Origin: Prorocentrum cordatum
Lineage: Eukaryota
NCBI GenBank assembly: GCA_963575745.1
Contig: CAUYUJ010000115.1
Span: forward strand, 620,001 to 669,721
Length of the DNA: 49,721 nt
Direction of reading: 5' to 3'
Under the pieces are notes generated by a model. It worked only from the letters and a program-made list of their open reading frames with translations, did no database searches and was not told where the DNA came from. Made by a program: the position numbers and the translations under genes. This document shows positions 48,901-49,721 of the stretch, piece by piece. Within the stretch, counting starts at the first letter, position 1, and each line of letters opens with the position of its first letter.

Positions 48901-49721
48901 GTTCGTCCAGGAGTCCGGGGGGATCTCAGCAGCCTCCTCGTGACGCCTCCCAATCTCAGACCTGGGATAACTGGCGATCTCAGCCCGCTCCCAACCAAGA
49001 CGGGTATGAGAGTCAGGAAGGCACGCTCCACGACGACTCCCAGCGCGGACGTCGACCTTCTCGCGACTCAGACCGTACCAGCCAGCGGAGCAGCACGAGC
49101 ACGAGGGCCCGGTCACCTGCCGCTCCCTGGAACCGAGTGTACGACATACGCTCCAAACACGGCGCCCTGACCGGCACCCGCGCCGGCTCCCAGGCCGGCC
49201 CCGAGCGTAACCCCCAGCCCGGCTCGCCGCCCGGCGCCCTGACCGGCGCCTTTGCCGGCTCCCAGGCCGGCTCCCAGCCCGGTTCCCCACCTGGCGCACT
49301 GCTGCCTGGCGGCGCCCCCCCCGGCTCTGAGCACGGCTCCCAGACCAGCTCCGAGCCCGGCGCCCTGACCGGCACCCGCGCCGGCTGCCAGGCCGGCTCC
49401 GAGCACGGCCCCCAGACCAGCTCCGAGCCCGGCGCCCTGACCGGCGCCTTTGCCGGCTCCCAGTCCCGCTCCGAGTCCGGTCCCCAACCCGGCTGGTCTG
49501 AGCGCAGCACCTTTCTCGGCTCCGAGCCCGGCTCCCAATCCGGCGCCGAGCCTGGCGCCCTGCCTGGTGCCTCGCCAGGCCCCCAGTTTGGACACAGCAC
49601 GCGAGTGTCCAACAGTCCGGGGGGCACGCGCTGTTACGACTCCTGTCGACTACGGCGCTCCCCCTCCCGCGACCGACGCCGCAGCAGCCAAAGCAATGAT
49701 CACGACCCGAGCCCTTGTGAT
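45585..49721 (+). CDS. gag: Gag(-pol) polyprotein, 5' part: coiled coil, capsid-like region, three CCCH zinc fingers, Pro/Gly/Ser repeats
   Basis: Frame read as open from 45972 to the window end (absent from the ORF track, consistent with having no stop) and in frame with 45585-45971 across a poly-T tract. IKGRQIYWKIL; CVPFSKGKCPKGNACKLLH, CHRFAKTGACSYGDRCRYPH, CSHFQAGHCAKGDACTYAH. Confidence 0.8.
49160..49580 (+). repeat. Coding repeats (GGCGCCCTGACCGGC.. / CCGGCTCCCAG..) within gag
   Basis: GALTG(T/A)xAG occurs four times. Confidence 0.7.

Larger units (their letters stand above)
45327..49721 (+). mobile_element. Ty1/copia-type LTR retrotransposon (5' part; runs off the window)
   Basis: TG...CA LTR candidate, copia-type PBS and gag with CCCH fingers; pol domains lie outside the window. 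Confidence 0.75.

Noticed and set aside
46521..49627. Minus-strand and alternative-frame ORFs over the gag region
   Set aside because: Shadows of the long + strand gag frame

Overview
GC-rich eukaryotic DNA made almost entirely of repeats and mobile elements. It is most likely dinoflagellate; this is inferred from GC-AG and GA-AG introns with AG|G acceptors and from the element types. No rRNA, tRNA or CRISPR-Cas is supported. The window is a nested stack. (1) From 9.7 to 19.0 kb is a block of + strand genes: a ParB-like/SET-like protein and several unknown ORFs. The block also holds a strand-biased CCGCGGYNGCGG motif, an array of four 29-bp palindromes and a 117-bp tandem repeat. (2) A tyrosine-recombinase (DIRS/Ngaro-type) retrotransposon on the - strand ends in that 117-bp array. 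(3) Its reverse transcriptase is split by a 20,302-bp element (24108-44409) with 33-bp terminal inverted repeats (CCCAGAGG...CCTCTGGG) and a TA target-site duplication. Removing it restores the RT motif IDDFTATGVNDC in frame. This giant element carries a CMC/EnSpm(CACTA)/Plavaka-like DDE transposase, an intron-containing C5-cytosine-methyltransferase-like gene and 3-4 further co-oriented unknown genes. (4) A Ty1/copia LTR retrotransposon (LTR, PBS, long CCCH-finger gag running off the window) interrupts the 5' part of the same YR element. Many frameshifts fall in homopolymers and may be sequencing or assembly errors. All protein family calls come from motif recognition by eye, not from database searches.
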